IMG/VR virus record: IMGVR_UViG_3300029922_000037
From: an uncultured virus (IMG/VR IMGVR_UViG_3300029922_000037)
Taxonomy: Duplodnaviria > Heunggongvirae > Uroviricota > Caudoviricetes
Direction: 5' to 3' (one strand)
Length of the DNA stretch: 28,167 bases
The notes beneath the pieces are model-generated. The model was not told the origin of the DNA. It saw nothing but the letters and a program-made list of their open reading frames with translations, and did no database searches. Within the stretch, counting starts at the first letter, position 1. Each line of letters begins with the position of its first letter. A program made the translations under genes and the position numbers. Shown here piece by piece: positions 16,350-25,858 of the stretch.

Positions 16350-18851
16350 ATGGCAGCAATTGTGTTGCGGGATTATCAGGATGTGGCAGTGACAGATATT
16401 CGTGCCGCGTTCAAGTCGAAGTTGCAACCGGTATTGTTTCAGATGCCGACCGGGGCAGGGAAGTGCTTGGGGCGTGGGACGCCTGTTTTGCTATACGATG
16501 GAACGGTCAAACCAGTCGAGAATATTGTTGTTGGCGACCTACTCATTGGTCCAGATAGCAAGGCGCGTACCGTTCAATCGCTTGCGCGTGGCCGCGAGAA
16601 TCTTTACCGTGTGACACCAGTAAAAGGTGATCCATACATCGTCAATGAAAGCCATATTCTAAGTCTAAAAATCAGTGGTGGAAGCCCGGTAACTGCTGGT
16701 GATGGGTTGATGTATGGCGGCGATGAAGTTTGCAACATCTCAGTTCTTGATTATCTAAAATCTTCAAAAACATTCAAGCATGTCGCCAAAGGATGGCGTA
16801 CCGGAATTGAATTTCAACCACGTGATGTTCATGAGCATTTACCACCATATATGCTCGGCCTTTGGCTTGGAGATGGGACAAATAAATTTCCACATATCAG
16901 CACTGCTGATTTTGAAGTTGTTGACGCAATTTGCGAATATGCAATTTCACACAAAATGCGTGTGGAAACTGAGTTTACAAAATCTTGTCCAACTTATCGA
17001 ATAGTTTCTTATCCAGAAGATGGCCGTGGCCGTGGTAATCATCCAAACAGAATGGCTAATGCGCTTGATTTTTATCATTTGCGTGGAAACAAACATGTTC
17101 CAGACGATTACAAATGTAATTCTCGCGAAGTAAGACTTGAAATATTGGCTGGCATCGTTGATACCGATGGATATCTTTCGAATGGTACCTATGATTTGAT
17201 TTTCAAAGAGCGACGTCTTGCCGATGATGTTGCATATTTGGCGCGATCGCTTGGTTTATCATCCTATGTTATGCAATGTGAAAAAGGCATAAAAAGCACT
17301 GGATTTTCTGGTACTTATTATCGTTTAAATATCAATGGCGATGTCGATATAATTCCGTGTAGAGTAGCACGCCGTATTGCATCGCCACGCCAGCAAAAGA
17401 AAAGTGTTCTTGTCACTGGCATCAATGTTGAACCAATCGGTGAAGGCGACTACTACGGCTTCGAGATCGATGGTGATCACCTTTTCATGCTCGGCGATTT
17501 CACGGTCACGCACAACACCTACACGTTCAGCTACATCGCCGCCAACGCATCCGCCAAGGGCAACTCAACAATCATCATTGTTCACCGCAACGAATTGCTG
17601 ATGCAGGCCAGCCGCGCGCTGCACAACCTCGGCATTCAGCACGGCATGATCAGTCCGCACTTCACGCCGAATCCGCACCATAAGATTCAGGTCGCGAGCG
17701 TAGATACGTTGCTGATCCGGCTCAAGAAAACGCCAGGTAAATTCAAATTCGACCTGGTCGTGTTCGATGAAGCCCACCATGTCACAAAAAACAATAAGTG
17801 GGGGAAGGTCTTTGCGCTGTTGGCGGCAAAAAACACGCTGGGCGTGACCGCCACGCCGGCGCGCGGTGACGGTATTGGTATGGGCGTCGATCATGGCGGT
17901 ATCTTCAAATCATTGGTGACTGGTCCACCGGTGTCGTTGCTGATCGAGCGGGGAATGCTGATCAATCCCGTTGTGTACGCCGGCAAGGTCATTCCCGACT
18001 TCTCCAAGCTAAAACCGAACAAAGACGGTGAACTCAATGTCGACGAGGTTGCGGCATTAGTGGATAAGCGTGTCATTACAGGTGACGCTGTTGAGCACTA
18101 TACTGCGATCTGCCCTGGAGTTCGCGCTGTCGTGTTCTGCGCACGCATAGATCACGCTGAACACGTCGTTGAACAGTTCTGCCAGGCCGGATACAAATTC
18201 AAGTTGCTTGTCGGCGCGCCGCGCATGAAGGAGGCTGAACGCGATCAGGTTGTGCGTGAGATCACATCTGGAGTGATACAGGGTATTTGTGTGGTCGACC
18301 TTGTGTCGGAGGGATTTGACGTGCCAGCACTCAAATGCTGCATCATGCTCAGGCACGTAGGAACGCTGACGATGTTTCTGCAGATGATCGGGCGCATTAT
18401 GCGACCAGATGGAACTGATAGCCCAGCGTTCGCGCTGGATCACGTTGGCAATGTCGGCACTATCCTAGAAGGAAAATTCGTGCCAAAGCACGGACTTCCC
18501 TGCACCGACCGCGAATGGACACTCGAAGGCCGCAAGAAGGGAAAAAAGAAACAAGCAACCAACGAAATCAAGTTGTCGCAGTGCCCTAACTGCTACTACG
18601 TCTTCGAACCAGAACCATGCTGTCCCGCATGCGGCCACGAGATGCCTGTCGCTGGCCGCAAAGAGGCAGAAGTGGTCGACGGCACGCTTGGGCAGATCAC
18701 CGACGACATGGTCAAGCTGGCGCAGATCTCGCGCAGGCGCGAGATCGCACAGGCGCGGACACTTGAGCAGCTTCAGGCATACGCTGCGCAAAAAGGATAT
18801 TCATCGGGTTGGGCTTGGCACACTTTTAATTCACGCAAACAGAGGGCATAA
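16350..18851 (+). CDS. SF2 (DEAH-type) helicase with a C-terminal zinc ribbon, interrupted by an intein
   Basis: LRDYQ, MPTGAGK|T, FDEAHH, GVTATPARGDG, SEGFDVP, QMIGRIMR, CPNC..CPACG; ATG at 16350 after GGAG. Confidence 0.92.
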   Translation: MAAIVLRDYQDVAVTDIRAAFKSKLQPVLFQMPTGAGKCLGRGTPVLLYDGTVKPVENIVVGDLLIGPDSKARTVQSLARGRENLYRVTPVKGDPYIVNESHILSLKISGGSPVTAGDGLMYGGDEVCNISVLDYLKSSKTFKHVAKGWRTGIEFQPRDVHEHLPPYMLGLWLGDGTNKFPHISTADFEVVDAICEYAISHKMRVETEFTKSCPTYRIVSYPEDGRGRGNHPNRMANALDFYHLRGNKHVPDDYKCNSREVRLEILAGIVDTDGYLSNGTYDLIFKERRLADDVAYLARSLGLSSYVMQCEKGIKSTGFSGTYYRLNINGDVDIIPCRVARRIASPRQQKKSVLVTGINVEPIGEGDYYGFEIDGDHLFMLGDFTVTHNTYTFSYIAANASAKGNSTIIIVHRNELLMQASRALHNLGIQHGMISPHFTPNPHHKIQVASVDTLLIRLKKTPGKFKFDLVVFDEAHHVTKNNKWGKVFALLAAKNTLGVTATPARGDGIGMGVDHGGIFKSLVTGPPVSLLIERGMLINPVVYAGKVIPDFSKLKPNKDGELNVDEVAALVDKRVITGDAVEHYTAICPGVRAVVFCARIDHAEHVVEQFCQAGYKFKLLVGAPRMKEAERDQVVREITSGVIQGICVVDLVSEGFDVPALKCCIMLRHVGTLTMFLQMIGRIMRPDGTDSPAFALDHVGNVGTILEGKFVPKHGLPCTDREWTLEGRKKGKKKQATNEIKLSQCPNCYYVFEPEPCCPACGHEMPVAGRKEAEVVDGTLGQITDDMVKLAQISRRREIAQARTLEQLQAYAAQKGYSSGWAWHTFNSRKQRA
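16464..17516 (+). mobile_element. Intein (351 aa) with LAGLIDADG homing endonuclease
   Basis: Begins CLGRGTPV directly after the Walker A Lys; block B NESHILSL; LAGLIDADG motifs LGLWLGDG and LAGIVDTDG; ends TVTHN followed by Thr; visibly more AT-rich than the exteins. Confidence 0.95.
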
Positions 18852-19258
18852 TGGCATCACTCAATAAAATGCAGGTAATCGGTACACTCGGTCGCGATCC
18901 CGATATGAAGACAATGCCGAATGGCGATTCCATTACAGTTGCCAGCGTGGCGACAACTGAGTCGTGGAAGGATAAGGGGTCTGGTGAGAAGAAGTCCAAG
19001 ACAGAATGGCATCGCATCATCTTCAAAGGGAAACTTGCTGAAATTGCTGGGCAATACCTGAAGAAAGGTGGACAGATATACGTCGAGGGACGGCTTGAGA
19101 CGCGCAAGTACATCAAAAACGAAATCGAGTATTCGATTACCGAGATCATGGCGGACAACATGCAGATGCTTGGCGGGAAGCCTGCTGATGCAACGCAAAC
19201 AGCGCATACCGCTGCGCCAGCACAGGCACCAGCAGCTAAGTCGGATGCGCCGTTTTGA
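18851..19258 (+). CDS. ssb: Single-stranded DNA-binding protein
   Basis: MASLNK..IGTLGRDP, TEWHRI, YLKKG..IYVEGRLETR, C-terminal DAPF. Confidence 0.95.
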   Translation: MASLNKMQVIGTLGRDPDMKTMPNGDSITVASVATTESWKDKGSGEKKSKTEWHRIIFKGKLAEIAGQYLKKGGQIYVEGRLETRKYIKNEIEYSITEIMADNMQMLGGKPADATQTAHTAAPAQAPAAKSDAPF

Positions 19259-19259
19259 T

Positions 19260-19805
19260 ATGGCGGCCATGAACTCGGCGTGGATCATGCGCTACCTGGT
19301 CCAGCACACATTCCAGCGCAAGGGCTTGCTGATCGTTCCCGAGACATACTGGGCAGGAAGCGAATGCGATCTTCTACTCGTTACCGAGAACCTGCGAATC
19401 ATCGACATCGAGATCAAAGTCAGCCGCGCCGATTTCAGGCGCGATCAGTTCAAGGACAAATGGTATCACTCGTGGGATTATGGAGTTGATGGGCCTTGGC
19501 GTTCAGATGCAAGCCATGAACTCCGCCGCAAGCGCGAGTTCCCGCGCAAGGTCTGGAAGCACTATTTTGCGATGCCTGCCAGCATCTGGAAGCCAGAAAT
19601 GGTTGCCGATTTGCCGTCGCCAGCATGCGGAGTCATTCTTTTGCACAAAGACTGTGATCGCGAGTGGTGTACCGTCGAGCGCAAGTCGAAGCCAAACAAA
19701 GACGCTGAAAAAATTAGTGCAGAATCTGCGATCGACCTCGCGCGGTTGGCGAGTTTGCGGATGTGGGATGCGCTGGTTCGACTTGAGTCAATGAGTGCAG
19801 CATGA
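19260..19805 (+). CDS. PD-(D/E)XK nuclease-like protein (MmcB-like)
   Basis: E..ECDLL..IEIKVSRADF..D..KW and HYFAMP motifs; start placed just after the ssb stop. Confidence 0.7.
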   Translation: MAAMNSAWIMRYLVQHTFQRKGLLIVPETYWAGSECDLLLVTENLRIIDIEIKVSRADFRRDQFKDKWYHSWDYGVDGPWRSDASHELRRKREFPRKVWKHYFAMPASIWKPEMVADLPSPACGVILLHKDCDREWCTVERKSKPNKDAEKISAESAIDLARLASLRMWDALVRLESMSAA

Positions 19806-20908
19806 TGGGTATCATCCACGTCGTCTCATGTTCAACTGGCAAGGATAGCGTTGCAACCCTGCTGCTGGCCGTCGAGCGCTTTGGCGCATCAAGGGTGCGC
19901 GGCATCCTATGCGATACCGGCAACGAGCATGAACTTGTGTTTCAGCACCGCCTCTATCTGGAGAAAGCAACTGGGGTGAGGATCGTCGTCCTGAAAGCCA
20001 ATTTCGACGCGGAGATTGCGGCAAAGCGCTTTTTCATCGCGCGCGACAAGCGCACCCGGCGCGAATATGACACCAAGCCGGTTTTCGAGGCGGACGGAAC
20101 GACGCCGGTTCCAAAACGCGATGGACGCGGAAATATCGTCACCAAGAAGGCGAAGCACGATGGTGTCGATGTCCTTGTGCCGGTGCAAAAGATGGTCAAA
20201 GTTGGCGGGGGCCGGCGTGTGCGCTGGTCCAACAAGGCGAAGAGAAGGGCGCTGGCAGCGCTACACCCGACCGGTATTCCATTTCTCGATCTGTGCATGT
20301 GGAAAGGACGCTTCCCAAGCCGCAAGGCGCAGTTCTGCACTGAACACTTGAAGCGCGACATGGCGGTTTCCTACCAGTTGGACTTGATCGCGCAGGGTCA
20401 TACGGTCGTGAGTTGGCAAGGCGTGCGCCGCGACGAGTCGTTGAATCGGGCAAATGCCAAGAAATTCGAGCGCCTTGACGATCACATGTACGTGTTTCGG
20501 CCGATTGTCGAATGGACTGCCGAAGACACCTTCACTTACGCGGATTCCAAGGGGATCGATCCGAACCCCTTGTACAAGTGCGGCATGGGCCGCGTCGGGT
20601 GCATGCCGTGCATCAATGCCAGCAAGGGCGAGATTAAGGAAATTGCACTGCGATTTCCCGATCACATCGAGAAGGTCAATGAATGGGAACAAAAGGTTGC
20701 GGCTTGCAGCAAGCGCCAAGCCGCAACCTTCTTCCCGGCCCCAAGTCGTGGCGAAGTAGTCAATGACGAGAAAGCCTATGCCGCAGACCACAACATCTAT
20801 TCGATTGTCAAGTGGTCGAAAACAACGCGCGGCGGCAAGCAGTTTTCACTTTTGACAGAATTGCATGAACCAAATAAATGCTCTTCCTCCTATGGGTTAT
20901 GTGAATGA
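19802..20908 (+). CDS. PAPS-reductase-family (PP-loop) protein
   Basis: SCSTGKDS PP-loop, DTGNEH, FCTEHLK, GVRRDES..RA, RPIVEWT, NPLY..GMGRVGCMPC, C-terminal CSSSYGLCE. Confidence 0.88.
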   Translation: MMGIIHVVSCSTGKDSVATLLLAVERFGASRVRGILCDTGNEHELVFQHRLYLEKATGVRIVVLKANFDAEIAAKRFFIARDKRTRREYDTKPVFEADGTTPVPKRDGRGNIVTKKAKHDGVDVLVPVQKMVKVGGGRRVRWSNKAKRRALAALHPTGIPFLDLCMWKGRFPSRKAQFCTEHLKRDMAVSYQLDLIAQGHTVVSWQGVRRDESLNRANAKKFERLDDHMYVFRPIVEWTAEDTFTYADSKGIDPNPLYKCGMGRVGCMPCINASKGEIKEIALRFPDHIEKVNEWEQKVAACSKRQAATFFPAPSRGEVVNDEKAYAADHNIYSIVKWSKTTRGGKQFSLLTELHEPNKCSSSYGLCE

Positions 20909-21336
20909 CACGCGAAACCCCAATCCTCCGCACGATCTGGCTCGCCGTCGCCCGCACGACCACGCTGTTCCGCCTCAACACCGGCATGGCGTGGGCGAGC
21001 GGCGGCGGCAAGGTCACTAAGCGCAGCGACGGCGCGGCCATTGTCCCGTTCGGGCGCCCGATCGCGCTCGGGTTCAGCAAGCCCGACAACACGCCGTTGG
21101 CAGGCTCCAGTGATCTCATCGGATGGCACTCCATCACAATCACACCCGAGATGGTCGGCGCGCGCATCGCAGTCTTCACCGCAGTCGAAGTCAAGCGCAC
21201 TGGCGGCGGACGGCGCCGACCCGAGCAAATCACATTCATTGACAACGTCCGCGCGGCCGGCGGCATCGCTGGCTTCGCATCCTCACCCGATGACGCAATA
21301 AAAATAATCAGCGACTGGTTTCCACCAATCAATTAA
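20905..21336 (+). CDS. VRR-NUC nuclease (putative junction resolvase)
   Basis: FRLNTG, GSSDLIG, FTAVEVK, EQITFI..VRAAGGIAG. Confidence 0.85.
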   Translation: MTRETPILRTIWLAVARTTTLFRLNTGMAWASGGGKVTKRSDGAAIVPFGRPIALGFSKPDNTPLAGSSDLIGWHSITITPEMVGARIAVFTAVEVKRTGGGRRRPEQITFIDNVRAAGGIAGFASSPDDAIKIISDWFPPIN

Positions 21337-21382
21337 TTTTTGGGAATTATATAGATGACTACCTCAAAGAAGGATTGAGCGA

Positions 21383-21862
21383 ATGAGTTTCACGACACGG
21401 ACAGAAGCCACCCGCGACGATTGGCAGACGCCTTTGGCGCTGGTCTCGGCGCTCGGCACCTTTGACTTGGACCCCTGCGCGAACTGTGACGCGCCGATGC
21501 GACTGGCGACACGAGGGTTCACGCTTGCGGACGACGGCTTATCGCAGGAATGGGCGGGGAGAGTTTGGATTAATCCGCCATACGGCGCGGTCGCCCGCGT
21601 GTGGATTGCGCGCCTAGCGCAACATGGCAACGGCATTGCCCTAATCCCGCCGCGCCTTGGCGCGAAGTGGTTCCATGAGGCTGTTCTGGACACCTTCGAC
21701 GGCATTTTATTCCACAAGGGGCGCATCGCTTTCCTCGACCCCGGAACCGGGCTTCCTGTCAAGGGCAATAATGCTGACAGCATCTTCATCGCATACGGCG
21801 CGACGAACGTGGCCGCGCTAGAAACCTCGGGCCTTCCCGGTAAGATGTGGAAAGCGCGGTGA
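21383..21862 (+). CDS. Phage DNA N6-adenine methyltransferase
   Basis: DDWQTP, FDLDPCA, DDGLSQEW, VWINPPYG, KGRIAF. Confidence 0.85.
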   Translation: MSFTTRTEATRDDWQTPLALVSALGTFDLDPCANCDAPMRLATRGFTLADDGLSQEWAGRVWINPPYGAVARVWIARLAQHGNGIALIPPRLGAKWFHEAVLDTFDGILFHKGRIAFLDPGTGLPVKGNNADSIFIAYGATNVAALETSGLPGKMWKAR

Positions 21863-22020
21863 AAGGGAGTCATCTATATAATTCCCTAATTTTTTTGTCA
21901 ATACTGTGTGCGTTTGCGCACAGACAAGCAAAAAATTACTCAAAAATATACACGTCCAACAACAATTCGCGAGTAAAATTCTATCCGTTAATGTTGCCAT
22001 TCGTTTCCGACAACATGGCG

Positions 22021-22085
22021 AGGGGAGACTAGGCTTGCAATCGAAAAGTGTCGACTGCCGACACCTGTCCCCCCCCTGTTTTTTT
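22021..22085 (+). promoter_or_regulatory. Candidate structured RNA leader/attenuator upstream of the primase gene
   Basis: Outer stem GGGGAGAC(T)AGG / CCTGTCCCCCC encloses GAAAAG and an inner hairpin TGTCG-ACTGC-CGACA; followed by T7. Confidence 0.4.
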
Positions 22086-22131
22086 GCAGCCACTAGCCAC
22101 CGCAGAGGGTCGTGCATGACAAAAAATAATA

Positions 22132-24918
22132 ATGGTGCCACACATGGCATCTGAACAAGACATCATCGCTCAGTTCAGGACCGCGATGGCGGAAGCAGAC
22201 ATCCTCGTTGATGACGACATCATCGCAGACGGAAAAATTCACAGGTACCACGTCCAGGATGACCGCAAGGGAAGCAAAAACGCTTGGGCAATTCTCTTCA
22301 TCGACTCCACGCCTGCCGGCTCGTTTGGGTGCAATAAGCGATTCGGTGAAAAGGTCAAGTTCAAGTGGAGCCTGCAGGAAGACCGGGCGCCGCTGACGAC
22401 AGAAGAACGCCGCGCCTTCGCCGCCAAGATGGCAGAGACGCGGGCGCGCAAAGCCGCAGAAGAGGCCCAGCGTCACGCCAATTCCTGTGTCCGTGCCGTA
22501 GCACTTATCGACGCGTCAAAACCAGCTGCAGAGCATCCATATCTTGCGCGCAAGGCCGTCAAGGCGCATGGCATACGCATTGGGGCGTGGCCGGTCACCA
22601 ATCCCGACACCGGCGAAGTCACCATCGTCTCCGAGACCGCGCTCCTGATACCGCTGCGCGACATCGACAAGAAGGTCTGGAGCGTGCAAGCTGTTTTCGC
22701 TGACAAATCAAATATCCTTGGCCGTGACAAGGATTTCCTGTCCGGCGGCCGCAAGCAGGGGCTATTCTTCACGATCGGGAAGCCCGTCGACAAGACGTTC
22801 GTACTCGGGGAGGGTTACGCGACTTGCGCGACAATCCACGAGGCAACAGGGCATGCCGTGGTAGTCTGCTTTGACCGTGGCAATCTCATCCACGTCGCAC
22901 GGATCCTGCGCGCCAAGTTCCCAGGCCATCGCATTATCGTCGCCGCCGACAACGATCAATGGACCACGGCGCCGGTCGATAACCCTGGCCTCACTGATGC
23001 CAGGGCGGCGGCGATCGCCGTCGAGGGCCTGCTCGCGGTCCCGCCGTTCGTCGAAGCCGACTGCACAGCCGACTTCAAACCTACCGATTTCAATGACCTC
23101 GCGGCTCTGCGCGGCGCCGACGCCGTGCGCGCCGAATTCGCGGCACCGTTTGATCCCGCCGTGAAGGAACCGGACGCGGCGCCACATCTACACTTAGTCG
23201 GGCTGGAAGATATCGCCGGCGCACCAGAGAACGCGCCGCTGCCAGTCGACGACGACGGCATCCCGCCGACAGTGCGCGCAAACATGTTTTTTTCGATGTT
23301 GGGCTATGACCATGAGCGATATTTCATTTTCAACCACAAAAAGCGCCAGATCGTCATCTACACCAAGGGTGATTTCAGCGATGGCGGGTTGATCGAACTC
23401 GCGCCGCTGCTGTGGTGGGAGTCGCATTTCAGCGGTGGTGCCAAGGGCGGCATCGACAAGCGGTCCGCCATGGACGTGCTGGTGCGGTTGGCGCATCAGC
23501 GTGGCATCTACGATATCTCGCGTATTCGCGGGCGTGGGGCGTGGACAGACAGGGGCCGGATCGTGTACCACCACGGCGGACACCTCACTGTCGATGGCGT
23601 GGATACGGACATCACTGAACTCGATTCGAAATACGTCTATGAGCTCAACAAGTCGTTGCCGGACATGGCGACGACGCCGATGACTGACGCCGACGGCAAG
23701 CGCGTGCTCGAACTCGCCAGCATCTTCCGGTGGACGCGACCGGGGTCGGCGGTTTTGCTCGCGGGATGGCTGGCACTCGCCCCCGTTTGCGGAGGCATCA
23801 AGTGGCGTCCGCATATCTGGCTGTCGGGGTCCGCCGGGTGTGGGAAATCGAGCGTGCTGAACGAATACGTGCATTGGTTTATGAACGGATGCGATTTATT
23901 CTGTGTCGGGTCAAGCACAGAGGCCGGTATCCGCCAGGAACTCAAGGGCGATGCGCTGCCGGTTCTGTTCGATGAGTCCGAGTCGAATAACGACCGCGAG
24001 GCTCTGCGTATCCAATCCATCCTCGCGCTCGCCCGTCAGTCATCGTCAGAGATGCAGGCAAAGACGTATAAAGGCACCGCCGGCGGCGACGCCCTCTCAT
24101 TTCATATCCGGTCGATGTTCTGCATGGCGTCAATCCAGGTCGGGATCAAGTACCAGGCAGACATCGAGCGCGTGGTCGTGCTGTCGCTGCTGCCAAAGGG
24201 CCGCGATGACCCCGACCCCGCTGCTACCTGGCAAACGATGTCGGCGCGTATCAGAGACGTGCAAGCCGATGATGACCTCCCCGGGCGTCTATTTAGGAGA
24301 GCGTTGACGCTCCTGCCGACAACGCTGAAAAACATCAAGGTCTTCGCTGAGGTCGCGGCGACTAAATTCGGTAGCCAGCGCGACGGCGACCAATACGGGA
24401 CACTGCTCGCCGGCGCGTGGTCGCTGATCAGCACCGAACTGGCCACATACCAGGACGCCGCAAATCTCATCGAGAAATACGACTGGTCAGAGCACCGCGA
24501 GTCAAACGAGGTCGATGAAGGCCAACGCGCGATATCGGCGCTGATGGAGGCGCACATCCGCGTATCAGGTGCAGACGTGACCGTGAACGAACTCATCCGC
24601 ACTGCCAAGGGCTATGAAGTCCTTGGTATGAATATGGCAAACGATGCCGCGCACGCTATCCTGGCGCGCTATGGCATGCGCATTGACGGCATGCGGTTGA
24701 TGCTGTCAAATAATTCAGGCGAGCTCAAGAAGTTGATGGCGGGGACGCCGTTTGAAGCTGATTTGAGGGGCGTTCTCTTGCGGACAAAAGGGTGTCTGCG
24801 CGTCGATCGCCCGGTAAAATTTTCCGGCGTGGTTGCGCGCTGTATCTCGATCCCGCTCGATGACCTGATCAGCGATGACGTCGAATATGCGGGTACTGAC
24901 ACCGTGGTGAGGTTCTGA
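22132..24918 (+). CDS. TOPRIM primase fused to a P-loop helicase domain
   Basis: HPYLARK, GEGYAT, IVAADND and TDFNDL (TOPRIM); GSAGCGKS Walker A and VLFDESE Walker B. Start could be 22144. Confidence 0.9.
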   Translation: MVPHMASEQDIIAQFRTAMAEADILVDDDIIADGKIHRYHVQDDRKGSKNAWAILFIDSTPAGSFGCNKRFGEKVKFKWSLQEDRAPLTTEERRAFAAKMAETRARKAAEEAQRHANSCVRAVALIDASKPAAEHPYLARKAVKAHGIRIGAWPVTNPDTGEVTIVSETALLIPLRDIDKKVWSVQAVFADKSNILGRDKDFLSGGRKQGLFFTIGKPVDKTFVLGEGYATCATIHEATGHAVVVCFDRGNLIHVARILRAKFPGHRIIVAADNDQWTTAPVDNPGLTDARAAAIAVEGLLAVPPFVEADCTADFKPTDFNDLAALRGADAVRAEFAAPFDPAVKEPDAAPHLHLVGLEDIAGAPENAPLPVDDDGIPPTVRANMFFSMLGYDHERYFIFNHKKRQIVIYTKGDFSDGGLIELAPLLWWESHFSGGAKGGIDKRSAMDVLVRLAHQRGIYDISRIRGRGAWTDRGRIVYHHGGHLTVDGVDTDITELDSKYVYELNKSLPDMATTPMTDADGKRVLELASIFRWTRPGSAVLLAGWLALAPVCGGIKWRPHIWLSGSAGCGKSSVLNEYVHWFMNGCDLFCVGSSTEAGIRQELKGDALPVLFDESESNNDREALRIQSILALARQSSSEMQAKTYKGTAGGDALSFHIRSMFCMASIQVGIKYQADIERVVVLSLLPKGRDDPDPAATWQTMSARIRDVQADDDLPGRLFRRALTLLPTTLKNIKVFAEVAATKFGSQRDGDQYGTLLAGAWSLISTELATYQDAANLIEKYDWSEHRESNEVDEGQRAISALMEAHIRVSGADVTVNELIRTAKGYEVLGMNMANDAAHAILARYGMRIDGMRLMLSNNSGELKKLMAGTPFEADLRGVLLRTKGCLRVDRPVKFSGVVARCISIPLDDLISDDVEYAGTDTVVRF

Positions 24919-25265
24919 TGTCTGATATCGTGGTTCCGAAGTCGTTTGTGGATGACTTCAATTTTGTGATGGCGCACTATGGCGTCATCGGGTGCGATAG
25001 CGACGACATCCGCAAGAGCGTACGCGCGCATTTCAATACTGACTCGGTGTGGGTCACTGAGACTGCTGCATTACTGCGGTGGATGACTGCGACCTGGCGC
25101 GGCATGCCGACGCCAGACCTGTGCCGTGGCTACATGGCTGCGTGCCGGCATTGGCCGGCGGATGATACTGTGTTTCAGCGCTGGGGGATATTGCTGCTGG
25201 TGCGCGAATGCTGGCGGTTACGGGATCGGTATCAGGTGGCCGACTCGGTTGAGGCGTCCGCCTGA
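24918..25265 (+). CDS. Hypothetical protein
   Basis: TGATG-coupled to the primase gene; last gene of the rightward operon. Confidence 0.65.
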   Translation: MSDIVVPKSFVDDFNFVMAHYGVIGCDSDDIRKSVRAHFNTDSVWVTETAALLRWMTATWRGMPTPDLCRGYMAACRHWPADDTVFQRWGILLLVRECWRLRDRYQVADSVEASA

Positions 25266-25269
25266 GTTA

Positions 25270-25306
25270 TTTGCATAGGATGCAAAAATTTTGGATCCTA
25301 TGCAAA
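25270..25306. repeat. 37-bp near-perfect palindrome between convergent operons
   Basis: TTTGCATAGGATGCAAAA-A-TTTTGGATCCTATGCAAA: 18-bp arms with one mismatch. Confidence 0.85.
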
Positions 25307-25339
25307 CCATTTTTTGCGCTATCTGGAGCGCGAGGGAAT

Positions 25340-25651
25340 TTATTCATCATTGCACCCGCAAGTATGGCCCCAATCACCACATCGAATGCACCAACCATTT
25401 TCTAGCAAGTGCATGCGGAGTTCGTGATGCAGGGAAGTAAATTTCTTAAAAGATTCTTCTTGATCGTCTTTCCAATACGGACGAACTTTGAAATCCAGCA
25501 GGGTATCAATGTCTTTAAATAATTCCGTATCGCGATCATGCCTGCTTTGTGCTGATTTCGTGCTGGACGCCAGCAAAGCAGCATTATCCTTTTGCAGACT
25601 ATCAATCTTCGATTGCTGCTCTGCGATGACTCGCTCTAGTGCTTCGCTCAT
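25340..25651 (-). CDS. Hypothetical coiled-coil protein with a C-terminal Cys cluster
   Basis: AAGGA RBS; N-terminal heptads; WCIRCGDWGHTCGC. Confidence 0.7.
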   Translation of the reverse strand: MSEALERVIAEQQSKIDSLQKDNAALLASSTKSAQSRHDRDTELFKDIDTLLDFKVRPYWKDDQEESFKKFTSLHHELRMHLLENGWCIRCGDWGHTCGCNDE

Positions 25652-25857
25652 TTAAATCCTTTCAGTTTTATCTTCGGCTTAACATCGACTTGTACAAGGC
25701 ATTGATGATTGAGCGTTCCCTCGGCTCGGTTATCGCCTTTAACGATGATGCGCATCCTGTTTCTATCGAAATTTCTACGAACCAACTTAAACCATTCGCC
25801 AGTACGCAGCAATTTAAAACGAGCGCCATCGGAAACTAGTCTTAGTTCGCAGATCAT
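25648..25857 (-). CDS. Small basic hypothetical protein
   Basis: Likely start MICELRL at 25857, just after the upstream stop; overlaps the next gene. Confidence 0.55.
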   Translation of the reverse strand: MICELRLVSDGARFKLLRTGEWFKLVRRNFDRNRMRIIVKGDNRAEGTLNHQCLVQVDVKPKIKLKGFK

Positions 25858-25858
25858 T

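Noticed and set aside
19068..19259. Track start of the 245-aa ORF inside ssb
   Set aside because: It overlaps ssb by about 190 nt; the ATG at 19260, just after the ssb stop, is more plausible.
19802..20908. Complete Dnd/Ssp phosphorothioation system or genuine cysH
   Set aside because: No cysteine desulfurase, other dnd/ssp genes or cys operon nearby. The Rad50-like ATPase sits in a separate recombination operon.
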